Below, piece after piece: positions 18,629 through 27,446 of a stretch of 64,000 nt of DNA. Origin of the DNA: a virus; IMG/VR virus record IMGVR_UViG_3300024329_000007, positions 1 to 64,000 of that record. One strand, given 5' to 3'. The notes below the pieces were generated by a model. It worked only from the letters and a program-made list of their open reading frames with translations, was not told the origin of the DNA and searched no databases. The position numbers and the translations under genes are program-made. The number at the start of each line of letters is the position of its first letter. Position 1 is the first letter of the stretch.

Positions 18629-19762
18629 TTAATTCAATAAGGCTCCGACTTGTGCTCTAGGATCTAGTTGGTTTGTTTTAAATGGGTTTGGAACTTGATT
18701 TCCAAGGTTCCAAGATTTACCCAACATATTACCAGACTTAATCATTAGTTCAGTAGAGTCTTTGTCAGTCATTGCAAACGCAAGTTGTTCTGGGGCATGT
18801 GTTGCCACGTGAGTCATTCCGTTTACTAGAGACCAAATTGATTGGTTTGTATGTGCATTTTTTAATTCATCTGTTGTGAATTCTGTAGGATTTTGATTGT
18901 TCTTAATGTAAGCTGAACGGTTTTCGCTAAGTGGAATCCAATTATCAGCAGCATCTCCAACGTGACTTTTAATAGTGCTATGTGCTCTTTGCATTTCAAA
19001 TAGAGATGCTGGAGTGTTCATTGCATTATTTACTGTGTTTGCAAAATCATTAGGAACAAATCCAGTCTTACGCAAATCAGACATGTGTTGAAAAAACTTT
19101 TCCATAGAATCTTTACTTAAATTATTAAGAGAGTAAGATTCTTTTGCCATTGGAGTTGAAAGTCCATTTGAACACCATAGTCGATTAATATAAGGCATAA
19201 CTTGAATTCCGTTGCTTGGGCTATTTGTTAGCGTTAATCCAGATTTAAAAACCTCATCAGCAACTCCGAATTCAGCATTAGGGTTATATGCATTAATAGT
19301 TACTAAACCTTTATTAGCATCAACGCCCCAGTTTGTAACTTCAAATCCATGTTGATCTATAATTTGATCTGCAAGATTTATAAACCTTGAATGACTAATA
19401 AGCCCAGTTGCTGTTTTTGAAAAACCTAATACTTTTTTAGTAGTAGGTGATACAATTAATGTAATCTCGTTTAATTGAGATGCCATTGCGTTTTTCATTT
19501 GATTAACAAATGATGCTTTAGCTTCAGGAGAGAAAAGATTATCAAACTTTTTAGCAAATGTTTGACTCATTCCAATTAGCTTAATTAGACTCTTAAATGC
19601 ATCTTTAGTAATCTCTAGGCGTTTACCTTTGATTTCAATAGTTGTGTCATTAACAAGAGTAATTTCTCTAACTGCAATAGTTTTACGAATTGCTTGTGAG
19701 TTTAAAGTTTCCGCTTTACGGCTTTCAATTACTGAATTGGATAGTGTTGTTACTGTTGGCAT
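18629..19762 (-). CDS. DUF932/DUF945-like phage protein
   Basis: GLTLTNS...G...RLWCSNG motif and C-terminal W.LVN..T. Confidence 0.65.
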   Translation of the reverse strand: MPTVTTLSNSVIESRKAETLNSQAIRKTIAVREITLVNDTTIEIKGKRLEITKDAFKSLIKLIGMSQTFAKKFDNLFSPEAKASFVNQMKNAMASQLNEITLIVSPTTKKVLGFSKTATGLISHSRFINLADQIIDQHGFEVTNWGVDANKGLVTINAYNPNAEFGVADEVFKSGLTLTNSPSNGIQVMPYINRLWCSNGLSTPMAKESYSLNNLSKDSMEKFFQHMSDLRKTGFVPNDFANTVNNAMNTPASLFEMQRAHSTIKSHVGDAADNWIPLSENRSAYIKNNQNPTEFTTDELKNAHTNQSIWSLVNGMTHVATHAPEQLAFAMTDKDSTELMIKSGNMLGKSWNLGNQVPNPFKTNQLDPRAQVGALLN

Positions 19763-19778
19763 ATAATTTATTTTTAAT

Positions 19779-19806
19779 TTATAGTGAATAGTTTGTTAAT
19801 TGTTTC
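19779..19806 (-). promoter_or_regulatory. GAAAC-N18-TATAA promoter
   Basis: TGAAACAATTAACAAACTATTCACTATAAA. Confidence 0.55.
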
Positions 19807-19810
19807 AAGA

Positions 19811-20128
19811 TTATGCGAACCTTTTCGCTGATTCTTTTTGAAGTAATTTAAGAAATTTATCGGAATCTAACTTAGTTGGCTCTGACCATTGTATCTCATG
19901 ATCTATATATTCGAATGCTTCGTAGTCATTAGACTCTGCCTCTAGCATTTGATTAAAGACTGCAACGCAACTTTCCTCTTCATAAAGAAGAAAATCAGCA
20001 TCCATCTCAACTGAGAATTGAAAACCACCTTTCATTTTCCAACGTTGTGGACATTGACCGTTTCCATCCCAATCATGTGCTCCATAGTTCTCTTTGTATT
20101 GACAATTGATAATAACTTTACTTTTCAT
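19811..20128 (-). CDS. Hypothetical early protein
   Basis: 105-aa ORF with QYKENYGAHDWDG..CPQ.WK.KGG, directly behind an early-type promoter. Confidence 0.75.
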   Translation of the reverse strand: MKSKVIINCQYKENYGAHDWDGNGQCPQRWKMKGGFQFSVEMDADFLLYEEESCVAVFNQMLEAESNDYEAFEYIDHEIQWSEPTKLDSDKFLKLLQKESAKRFA

Positions 20129-20153
20129 AATTTGTGTTGTTTAAGTGTTGATG

Positions 20154-20217
20154 TTTAATTACAGTACTAATATAATAAAAAAGATTGACATAAAAAAACT
20201 TTTTGGCAATTATTTTG
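20154..20217 (-). promoter_or_regulatory. Early-type promoter, copy 1 of a direct repeat
   Basis: 30-bp block 20154-20183 identical to 20378-20407, plus CAATTATTTTG at the same offset; the minus strand contains TATATTAG, similar to the Bacteroidota -7 box TAnnTTTG. Confidence 0.7.
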
Positions 20218-20228
20218 CAAAAACTTTG

Positions 20229-20366
20229 TTAAAAGTCTTTATTTTTGCCTTTATGTTTATCCTTTCTTGTGTATTGCTTCTTACTTTTATGGACATTACC
20301 ACGCATTGCTTGCCATATCTCTTGTATGGTAAACTGTGTTTTTTCTAGTTTTTTATTCTTGTCCAT
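20229..20366 (-). CDS. Small basic protein with an ArfA-like C-terminal motif, 45 aa (not in the ORF track)
   Basis: MDKNKKLEKTQFTIQEIWQAMRGNVHKSKKQYTRKDKHKGKNKDF*; sits between the two promoter repeats. Confidence 0.65.
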   Translation of the reverse strand: MDKNKKLEKTQFTIQEIWQAMRGNVHKSKKQYTRKDKHKGKNKDF

Positions 20367-20377
20367 TGTATTTGTGC

Positions 20378-20441
20378 TTTAATTACAGTACTAATATAAT
20401 AAAAAAGCCTGAGACTAAAAAATCTCAGGCCAATTATTTTG
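20378..20441 (-). promoter_or_regulatory. Early-type promoter, copy 2 of the direct repeat
   Basis: Identical 30-bp core and CAATTATTTTG block as copy 1. Confidence 0.7.
20401..20430 (-). terminator. Intrinsic terminator of the late internal-protein operon, embedded in the early promoter spacer
   Basis: GCCTGAGA-N8-TCTCAGGC followed by T6 on the minus strand. Confidence 0.75.
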
Positions 20442-20457
20442 TTAAAGTTATTAACAA

Positions 20458-20937
20458 TTATCCAAACTTTTTAATTGTCTTTGTTAATTCATCTAAAGAT
20501 TTACCAACATGTTCACCAAAATCTGCATGAAGATCTTCATCAGCATCTAAAGGCTGCATATCTCTCCACTCTGTATATTTAGAAACAAACAATTCTGATG
20601 CATCCACTATTTTCTTAATATCGGATTTTGCATAGTCCTTTCCATAGTAACTATTAGGATCTACATCCTGTCTTGCTGTTTCGTCAGTAAATGGATTTTT
20701 AATATCGATGCCATCGTAATCAAAATTAAAAGCCTCAAATGATTTTAAATGCTTCATTCTTTTCTTTTTCTTTTTTTTGTACTCTTCTTCTGCGTCACCC
20801 CTGCCGGCAGGAACATCACCAGAACCTACACCACCATCCATTGGCAATACAACAGGTCCCATTCCGCCCATTCCAGCTGGAGTTATATTTTCATTGATAT
20901 CATCAATGAATGACTCAAATGTTGGTACGTATTTCAT
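20458..20937 (-). CDS. Putative capsid-internal protein with two capsid-targeting-like motifs
   Basis: MKYVPTFESFI...INE and internal MKHLKSFEAF. Confidence 0.55.
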   Translation of the reverse strand: MKYVPTFESFIDDINENITPAGMGGMGPVVLPMDGGVGSGDVPAGRGDAEEEYKKKKKKRMKHLKSFEAFNFDYDGIDIKNPFTDETARQDVDPNSYYGKDYAKSDIKKIVDASELFVSKYTEWRDMQPLDADEDLHADFGEHVGKSLDELTKTIKKFG

Positions 20938-20956
20938 AGTTGTTTTTGTTTTTCAT

Positions 20957-23872
20957 TTACCAAGCGTAATCAAAAGTTTCAATTTTAGATATTTGATCCT
21001 TAATTGTTTTAGCGTAATTTTTAGCTTCTCTTTCGTAGTAAGATTCAGATTGTCCATATCTTTCTTCAGATTCTTCACCCTGTCTAATGTAATCACAATA
21101 TCTAGAATAGTTATCTAAAATATTTGACATGTGATTAGAAGCATCTCTTAATTTAGCTTCTCTACCTTTAGAGTTTTCTCCTATTTTAATTTCATCATAT
21201 CTAGTTTTATTACCACTCGACAATCCGGCTTTAATTTGTTCTGCTAATTCATCAATAGCCTTTTCAACCATTTTATCAATTGGTAAAGAAGCTGCCTTGG
21301 TAGCTAAAATTTGGTGATATCTGTCTGCGTTAGCTTTCTTAAAAGCTGCATCATCTGTAAATGCAGTTGCACCTTCTTTTGCTCTTGCTCTGTCACCTCT
21401 TAAGTTTTCAGTAGAATACTTCTGTCTAATTAGATCTAAGCTTACAATAATAACTCTATCAGAAACTTCTGCAATTCTTTTACCATTACTTAAACCAGAA
21501 GCACCCCAGCCTCTATATTTCTTGTTTACACCAACTTGATCTGCAGAACCTTTTCTACCATCTTTTTTCCATGAAGTTGTCTTAGCCCATCTAGACCAGT
21601 CGTTAGTATAAAATTCTCTATCACCACCCATAGCTGCTAATAAACACCCGCCACCTGGAATTGTGCTCATTGCATTGTATGACCTAGAATCCTGTGGTAA
21701 ATATGGATTCTCTTTTTCATTATCTGAAATAAAGAAAATAATATTTTTAGAACCACCATGGTTTTTAAATGCTTTTTGTGGGTTATTGTCTAAAATAAAA
21801 TCTTCATCTTGTATTTTATCAAGGGCAACTTTAGTCAGTTGGTAAAAACCACCTGCTAATCTAGCTACGTTTTTTCTAGCGTGTTTTCCTTCTTGGTTAC
21901 TTTGTAAAATACCTGATAATATAGCACTAGATATTTTTTCGTTTAATACGTTATATTCTGACTCAGTAGTAGCTGATTCTTCGATAAAACTAGCTAAATG
22001 TCCATCATCATCCCATCCGTATTTAGAATCGGCTAAAACAGCTTCAATATCTTTTCTTTTTCCAGTTAATTCAACTTCTGGATGTCCTCCTGCTGGGCCA
22101 ATCTCTCTTAATACTTTTAATTCAACTTTGTGTTTCTTTAAAAGTTTTTTAAGTCCTTTTGATTCAGGGTCTGTAGCATCCATTATTACAGTAGCTTCAC
22201 ATAATTTTTCGTCTAGCCTATCAAAGAAGTCAAAGTGTTCACTTTGTAAATCTTCACCATACTTTTCGTCCCATATTTCAGCTAATTCATATTTAGTAAC
22301 TTTACCTTTATACTTATCCATGATTTCAACATAGATACTACCATATTCATATTCAAAATCTTCACCATAAGAAAGATCCCATGCCTTTTCAATATCTTTA
22401 AATGTAAGCTTTTTGGCTTTGGCTTCAGTAACTACTGATTCTTTTACGAAATTCTTAAGATCATCTGGATCTATAGAGTATTCTACGTCATCCTCGTCAC
22501 TTCTAAGAACAACTTCATATTTACTTATGTCCCAAATCTTAAATTCGGCATCTTTATTAAGAGTAGATCCATCTACGTCGTTAGTTATATCGTAAACATC
22601 TCCATCAAAATCATCGCTATGGACTGTAGTTTTAATCTTTTGGCCTTTTTTAAATTTAGCCTCGTTAATAGATTTGCTTGAGCTATTAATAAAGCTTGCA
22701 AATGATTCATGTAAAAATTTATTATTCATTTTTTTTGTATTTTTATTTGTTACTTTATAAGTTTTACCATCGAATTCAAATTCTTCGCTGCCCTCTTCAA
22801 TTGCTTTAGCTCTTGCTCCTAAAAATGCGTTACCTTCTCTAACATTATCAGCAGATTCAGTATATAGGTTTACATAATTTCTACCTTTTTCAGAGTAAAT
22901 TGAAGTGATTTTAAATTCACCATCAATTTTCTTACCAGTATCTTTTTTATAGTATTTAGCATAGTAAGCTTTAAAGAATAAGTTTGGTTCTAGTTCTCCA
23001 AAGAAGTGTGTCATTTTACCCATAAAGAATTTAGCAGATGGATAATAAGTTGTTATATCTGCTTTGGTTTCAGCATCTAAAACACCTTTATCGAAATCTT
23101 TTACAAATTTAGCTTCAGTAACTACTGATTCTTTAACAAGAGAATCTGCGTCTATTGCTATTTCACTTGAAAAAGTCTTTAAACCATTAACCACAATCAT
23201 ACCATCTTTTTGTATACGAGTAACTTCACCTGAATCGAATGGTTTTTTAGAACTTCTGCTTAGAATAGAAACTTTATCTCCTACTCTAAATTTAGCTTCA
23301 GTAACTACAGATTCTTTAATTCTATACTTTTTCATTAAAGATTCAGCATCATCAATTGCATCTTGTAATTCTTGATCGCCCAAATCTGCCCAGTATTCAG
23401 ATCCTCTTTCTCCGTCTAAATAATTCTGAGATATTTGTTCCCATTCATTTTCTGCTTTTCTATCATACATTAAAATACTATCAAGGTCTCCGATTCTGTC
23501 TACAAGAGCGTTAACGCTATAATTTCTATTATCAGAGCCAGCCATTGGACCATATTCATTAAGTTCTTTAGACTTAGAAGTTTTATTTAGCTCACCAAGA
23601 ATTTTAATACCCCATCTCGAAAGTGATACACCATCTTCAGATACATTAAAGTATTTTTTATTTCTAGATTTCCATTGTTTATGATCTCCGGAAAGTTCAG
23701 AAATAATTTTAGTAAATTCTTCTTTAGTAATTACACCATCTTTAATAGCCTCAATAACTGAATTTCTTACACTAGCCGTTTTACCAACAGTCCTTGCTGG
23801 ATGGCGTTCTGTATATTTTCGTTTAAGTGTTAGTTTTTTACCTTCACTCAAGAATTCATTAAATTTTTTCAT
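20957..23872 (-). CDS. Modular putative virion-internal polyprotein, 971 aa
   Basis: N-terminus MKKFNEFLSE; three KESVVTEAK repeats plus LNE, VRE, INE, LCE junctions separating unrelated 60-120-aa modules. Confidence 0.6.
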   Translation of the reverse strand: MKKFNEFLSEGKKLTLKRKYTERHPARTVGKTASVRNSVIEAIKDGVITKEEFTKIISELSGDHKQWKSRNKKYFNVSEDGVSLSRWGIKILGELNKTSKSKELNEYGPMAGSDNRNYSVNALVDRIGDLDSILMYDRKAENEWEQISQNYLDGERGSEYWADLGDQELQDAIDDAESLMKKYRIKESVVTEAKFRVGDKVSILSRSSKKPFDSGEVTRIQKDGMIVVNGLKTFSSEIAIDADSLVKESVVTEAKFVKDFDKGVLDAETKADITTYYPSAKFFMGKMTHFFGELEPNLFFKAYYAKYYKKDTGKKIDGEFKITSIYSEKGRNYVNLYTESADNVREGNAFLGARAKAIEEGSEEFEFDGKTYKVTNKNTKKMNNKFLHESFASFINSSSKSINEAKFKKGQKIKTTVHSDDFDGDVYDITNDVDGSTLNKDAEFKIWDISKYEVVLRSDEDDVEYSIDPDDLKNFVKESVVTEAKAKKLTFKDIEKAWDLSYGEDFEYEYGSIYVEIMDKYKGKVTKYELAEIWDEKYGEDLQSEHFDFFDRLDEKLCEATVIMDATDPESKGLKKLLKKHKVELKVLREIGPAGGHPEVELTGKRKDIEAVLADSKYGWDDDGHLASFIEESATTESEYNVLNEKISSAILSGILQSNQEGKHARKNVARLAGGFYQLTKVALDKIQDEDFILDNNPQKAFKNHGGSKNIIFFISDNEKENPYLPQDSRSYNAMSTIPGGGCLLAAMGGDREFYTNDWSRWAKTTSWKKDGRKGSADQVGVNKKYRGWGASGLSNGKRIAEVSDRVIIVSLDLIRQKYSTENLRGDRARAKEGATAFTDDAAFKKANADRYHQILATKAASLPIDKMVEKAIDELAEQIKAGLSSGNKTRYDEIKIGENSKGREAKLRDASNHMSNILDNYSRYCDYIRQGEESEERYGQSESYYEREAKNYAKTIKDQISKIETFDYAW
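22418..23319 (-). repeat. Three dispersed in-frame repeats encoding KESVVTEAK
   Basis: 23288-23319 and 23105-23136 are 31/32 identical; third copy at 22418-22444. Confidence 0.9.
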
Positions 23873-23874
23873 GT

Positions 23875-24270
23875 TTATTTAAGTTTTTTTAATATACCGT
23901 CTATTTCTGTATATGAGCAATTTGCACCCTTAACTATAAATGATCCATAAGAGATTGAAAGGTTTGCACCTTCACCTCCAGTTTTTACTTGAGTTTTATA
24001 TGCTTCTTCTATAGATGCTTGATCTTCAGCAACAGCAACAACTTTAGGTCTAAATCCAGCGCCTACATTATGATCGTCTAAAGATCTTAAATGCATTTGT
24101 TCTCCATTAACTTCTACTGTATTATGTAGTATTAATGCAAAGTGGGTTTCACCCTTACCAGGTAAATCAAAACCATCAAATGCATATTTGCTAAAATAAT
24201 ATGATCCGAATTTTATTTTTTCATTTACTAAACTATTAGTAAATTCTCCAAATGTTTTTGTATTTTTCAT
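23875..24270 (-). CDS. Putative capsid-internal protein
   Basis: MKNTKTFGEFTNSLVNE leader. Confidence 0.55.
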   Translation of the reverse strand: MKNTKTFGEFTNSLVNEKIKFGSYYFSKYAFDGFDLPGKGETHFALILHNTVEVNGEQMHLRSLDDHNVGAGFRPKVVAVAEDQASIEEAYKTQVKTGGEGANLSISYGSFIVKGANCSYTEIDGILKKLK

Positions 24271-24287
24271 ATTAGTATATTATTTTT

Positions 24288-26141
24288 TTATATATTCTTA
24301 ATAAAATCATTAAATGTTTGGAAATCCGTTTTAGTAGATTCTTGCACAACTCCCATAGAGTCTTCCAGTTTAGACTTTAACTCAGCATACATATTATGTA
24401 ATGCCTTTGGTGTTAGCTTCTTAAAGAGCTTCTCATCACCGTCTAACATTGCATTTCTTACCTGTGTTGCTGATATATTCTTACCAGTTCTAGGGATTTC
24501 AAATAAACCAAAGTCATCTCTAACTCCTAGGTCATCTCTATATTCTTGTTTATCTACTTGGAATCCATAAGTTCTCATTCTATCACTTCCTGTTCCCCAT
24601 AATACTGGTTCGTATTTTGGTCTCATTGCATTAAACATAGTGTCAATACCGCCGGTTGGAATTACAAAAACTTCTTCGATTGGATATTTAGATTTTAAAG
24701 AGTTAATCATTGCTACTTGAGTCTCCTCATCATAAGGTCTCTTAAATGCATCCTCTTTTTTCTTGTTCTTAGCTTTTACTAATAATATTACTACTGGGTA
24801 GCCATTTTGTTTATGAATAGTTTCAACTACTTTAGCATGGCCTAGTGTAAATGGTTGGAATCTACCAACAAACATATTAACTAATTTCTTGCCTTGTTCT
24901 GGGTGGTCCACCTTTAATGCTTCTAAAATAGGACTTGTTTGTGATTTTAAATCTTGATTATTTAAGTATGTTTGAAAATTCATAACCTCATCTTCTTTTA
25001 CATCTCCAACAATTAGGCTTTCAATATTAGTGACTATTGTGTTTACTTTTGACATTAAGTCTTTATTAATAATATCTGTTTCTTTAGTTCTCTTTTTTCT
25101 AAAGCTACCTAATGCTATTTTAAAAAGCTCAGATAAAACTTTATTGTTTACTAATGATATTGTTTTCTCATTCTTAATAAACGCTTTATTAAGTTCAAAA
25201 CCTGGAAGTGATGCAAAGTCAGCAGAATTAAAACTAGTTCCGATATACTTAGTAGCATGCTTATCAATATAAGCATTAAAAATAATTGAAATTAGTTCAA
25301 TATATCTTTCATCAGTTTTTTCTGCGTCTAATTGAATTGTATTAAAATCATAACCGCTCATAAATTCAACTAAGTCTAGAATAGACAGTTGATACATGTC
25401 GGATGGTGTTCTATCATTATTATAATCTCTATCAAATCTTTCTAATTTAAAACTTTTTACATTTTTACCTTCATAGAAATTAATAATAAACGAATCTATA
25501 TCTTTATCTAGAGTATTGTTTAATGCAGCACTAGAAGTAGCAGAATTAAATATATTGTAAACTGCTCTAGTAAAAGATTGTTCTTTAAATTTATTTTTAA
25601 AAGCCTCTTCGGAAAGTTCTAATATATCTAATAAGTCATTAACTTGATCTTCTGATAATCTACCTTGAAATATAATTTGAGGTCTTTGTACATCTAATAA
25701 ATCAGACCAATGATAAAGAATATTTGGGTCTCTAATTACCTTTTTAATTTGACTAGGATTAGTTGAACTTATCGTTTGTATGTGTGTTAATATTAAATTA
25801 TTTTTAGGTAAGGCATCGTACTCAATGTCGATTGCTTTTTTAGTTGGTAAATAATCAAAACCAAATTTCCAATCTGTTGGAAGCTTTTCTAAAAGTTTAG
25901 GATCTAAAGATTTAAAATAATTAATTGCATTTTCATAATATTTAACAATAGTCCTATCAACTTTATTCATAGCTATTTTTGAACCACTTTTATAAAATTC
26001 AAATTCTCCATTAGAAGATCTTTTAACATGAAATGAAGAGGCTTGTATCTTTTCAGATATAAGACTTGTTGATTTTATTAACTTAATAAAATCTTGTCTA
26101 TTACTTGATTCAAAATATGTTTTTAGGTTTTGTAATGCCAT
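24288..26141 (-). CDS. Degenerate ligase-like N-terminal domain fused to a cytidylyltransferase-like (HxGH) domain
   Basis: C-terminal GRFQPFTLGH, GSDR, ISATQVR; N-terminal SEKIQAS (degenerate EKxDG); ILE|A junction before the second domain. Confidence 0.7.
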   Translation of the reverse strand: MALQNLKTYFESSNRQDFIKLIKSTSLISEKIQASSFHVKRSSNGEFEFYKSGSKIAMNKVDRTIVKYYENAINYFKSLDPKLLEKLPTDWKFGFDYLPTKKAIDIEYDALPKNNLILTHIQTISSTNPSQIKKVIRDPNILYHWSDLLDVQRPQIIFQGRLSEDQVNDLLDILELSEEAFKNKFKEQSFTRAVYNIFNSATSSAALNNTLDKDIDSFIINFYEGKNVKSFKLERFDRDYNNDRTPSDMYQLSILDLVEFMSGYDFNTIQLDAEKTDERYIELISIIFNAYIDKHATKYIGTSFNSADFASLPGFELNKAFIKNEKTISLVNNKVLSELFKIALGSFRKKRTKETDIINKDLMSKVNTIVTNIESLIVGDVKEDEVMNFQTYLNNQDLKSQTSPILEALKVDHPEQGKKLVNMFVGRFQPFTLGHAKVVETIHKQNGYPVVILLVKAKNKKKEDAFKRPYDEETQVAMINSLKSKYPIEEVFVIPTGGIDTMFNAMRPKYEPVLWGTGSDRMRTYGFQVDKQEYRDDLGVRDDFGLFEIPRTGKNISATQVRNAMLDGDEKLFKKLTPKALHNMYAELKSKLEDSMGVVQESTKTDFQTFNDFIKNI

Positions 26142-26143
26142 TG

Positions 26144-27445
26144 TTATCTACCGTATTTAATAATTCCCATTAATTGATTAATTGCAGCAAAAGTTCCAGT
26201 TAGTTTATAAGTATGTCCTTTATATCTAAATACAAGGCCTTCGGTTGGTATGATAGATTCAATACCTCCAATTCTATCTAAACGTTCTAGTTCTTTAGCT
26301 ACTTTATTTATCTGAGTTATATCTCCGCCCTTTTTAATCTTATCAGCTTCTGTTCTAATTTGATTATGCAGTCTCTGCATTTCTTTATCTGGATTTGCAG
26401 CCACAAAGTTAGAAGCGTTCTTTAAGATAACAGAACCTAATTCTAAGAAAAGATCTTCAAAAGGTCTAATATTTTCTTTATATTTCTTTTTAACATCTTC
26501 TTTGTCAAATCTTTTAACAGCAGCTGCTTCATCTTTTCCTATTTCCTTTGCAAGACTTCTTAGATTAAGTGTTTTCTTATCTCCATAAGCCCATCTTAAT
26601 AATAAGCCTTCTTTATAGTCTTGTTGTAAATCGGGGAAGTTTTTATCAATAGTTTCTCTCCACCACATTTCATGATATCTAGAAACCTCATCTGCATCTG
26701 TTAATCCATAACGATCTCTTAGCGCTTCAACCTTTTTTATAAACTTAAGTTGGTTCTTTTCAAAATCAATATCCTTACCTATCTTAATAATTTGTGGTGG
26801 AATAACTGTAAAGACTTTACCAATATTAGCGTTAACTTTTTCTAAAGCAGCAGCAATTGATTTACCGTACTTAGGCTCTTCGCCAATTATATTACCATTA
26901 CCATCTGTTATTTTAATTCCATGAAATTGAATAACGTCTCTATCATAATAGATAACATTTGGGTTTTTAGAGTAGATAAGCTCCATGTTCATAAAGTTCT
27001 TACCATTATCAAATGCTTCTAAATCTTTATCAGATAACTTGACTAGAGAAGTTGCTAAATCTTTAGCAGCAAAAATATAAGTTTCTTCAACTAATTTTGA
27101 TGCATGTCCAGTAAACATATCGATAATACCATTAAGGTCTAATGGGTTTGCCATTTGTCCTTTATTTCTAGCAAACATTGCTTGGCCATCCTTTACAGTG
27201 ACAAAAAGATTTTGCCCATCAGTTTTTTCAGTAGGCTCTTCTTCAAAATTAAGTTCACCGCTAAGTCCAGATTGGATTAATTTTTTAAAGTCTCCAAATG
27301 TTAATTGTTTATTATCAAATGGATGTGACATGTGTCCTGCGGCACCACCTTCAAGTATTAAAGCCTCATTAACCGAAAATGAAGGAGCCTCTTTCAAAGT
27401 CCTTCTTTCCAGTACAAATTCTCTATAAGATTGTAGTTTTTTCAT
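26144..27445 (-). CDS. RNA/DNA-ligase-like nucleotidyltransferase with a capsid-targeting-like leader
   Basis: Motif I EKTDG, motif IV EGLVF, motif V YKLTG; leader MKKLQSYREFVLE and ILE|GGAAGHMSHPFD. Confidence 0.65.
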   Translation of the reverse strand: MKKLQSYREFVLERRTLKEAPSFSVNEALILEGGAAGHMSHPFDNKQLTFGDFKKLIQSGLSGELNFEEEPTEKTDGQNLFVTVKDGQAMFARNKGQMANPLDLNGIIDMFTGHASKLVEETYIFAAKDLATSLVKLSDKDLEAFDNGKNFMNMELIYSKNPNVIYYDRDVIQFHGIKITDGNGNIIGEEPKYGKSIAAALEKVNANIGKVFTVIPPQIIKIGKDIDFEKNQLKFIKKVEALRDRYGLTDADEVSRYHEMWWRETIDKNFPDLQQDYKEGLLLRWAYGDKKTLNLRSLAKEIGKDEAAAVKRFDKEDVKKKYKENIRPFEDLFLELGSVILKNASNFVAANPDKEMQRLHNQIRTEADKIKKGGDITQINKVAKELERLDRIGGIESIIPTEGLVFRYKGHTYKLTGTFAAINQLMGIIKYGR

Positions 27446-27446
27446 A

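Noticed and set aside
20145-20530. Two plus-strand ORFs sharing FNYSTNIIKK as a paralogous peptide family
   Set aside because: The shared peptide is just the translation of the 30-bp promoter repeat on the opposite strand
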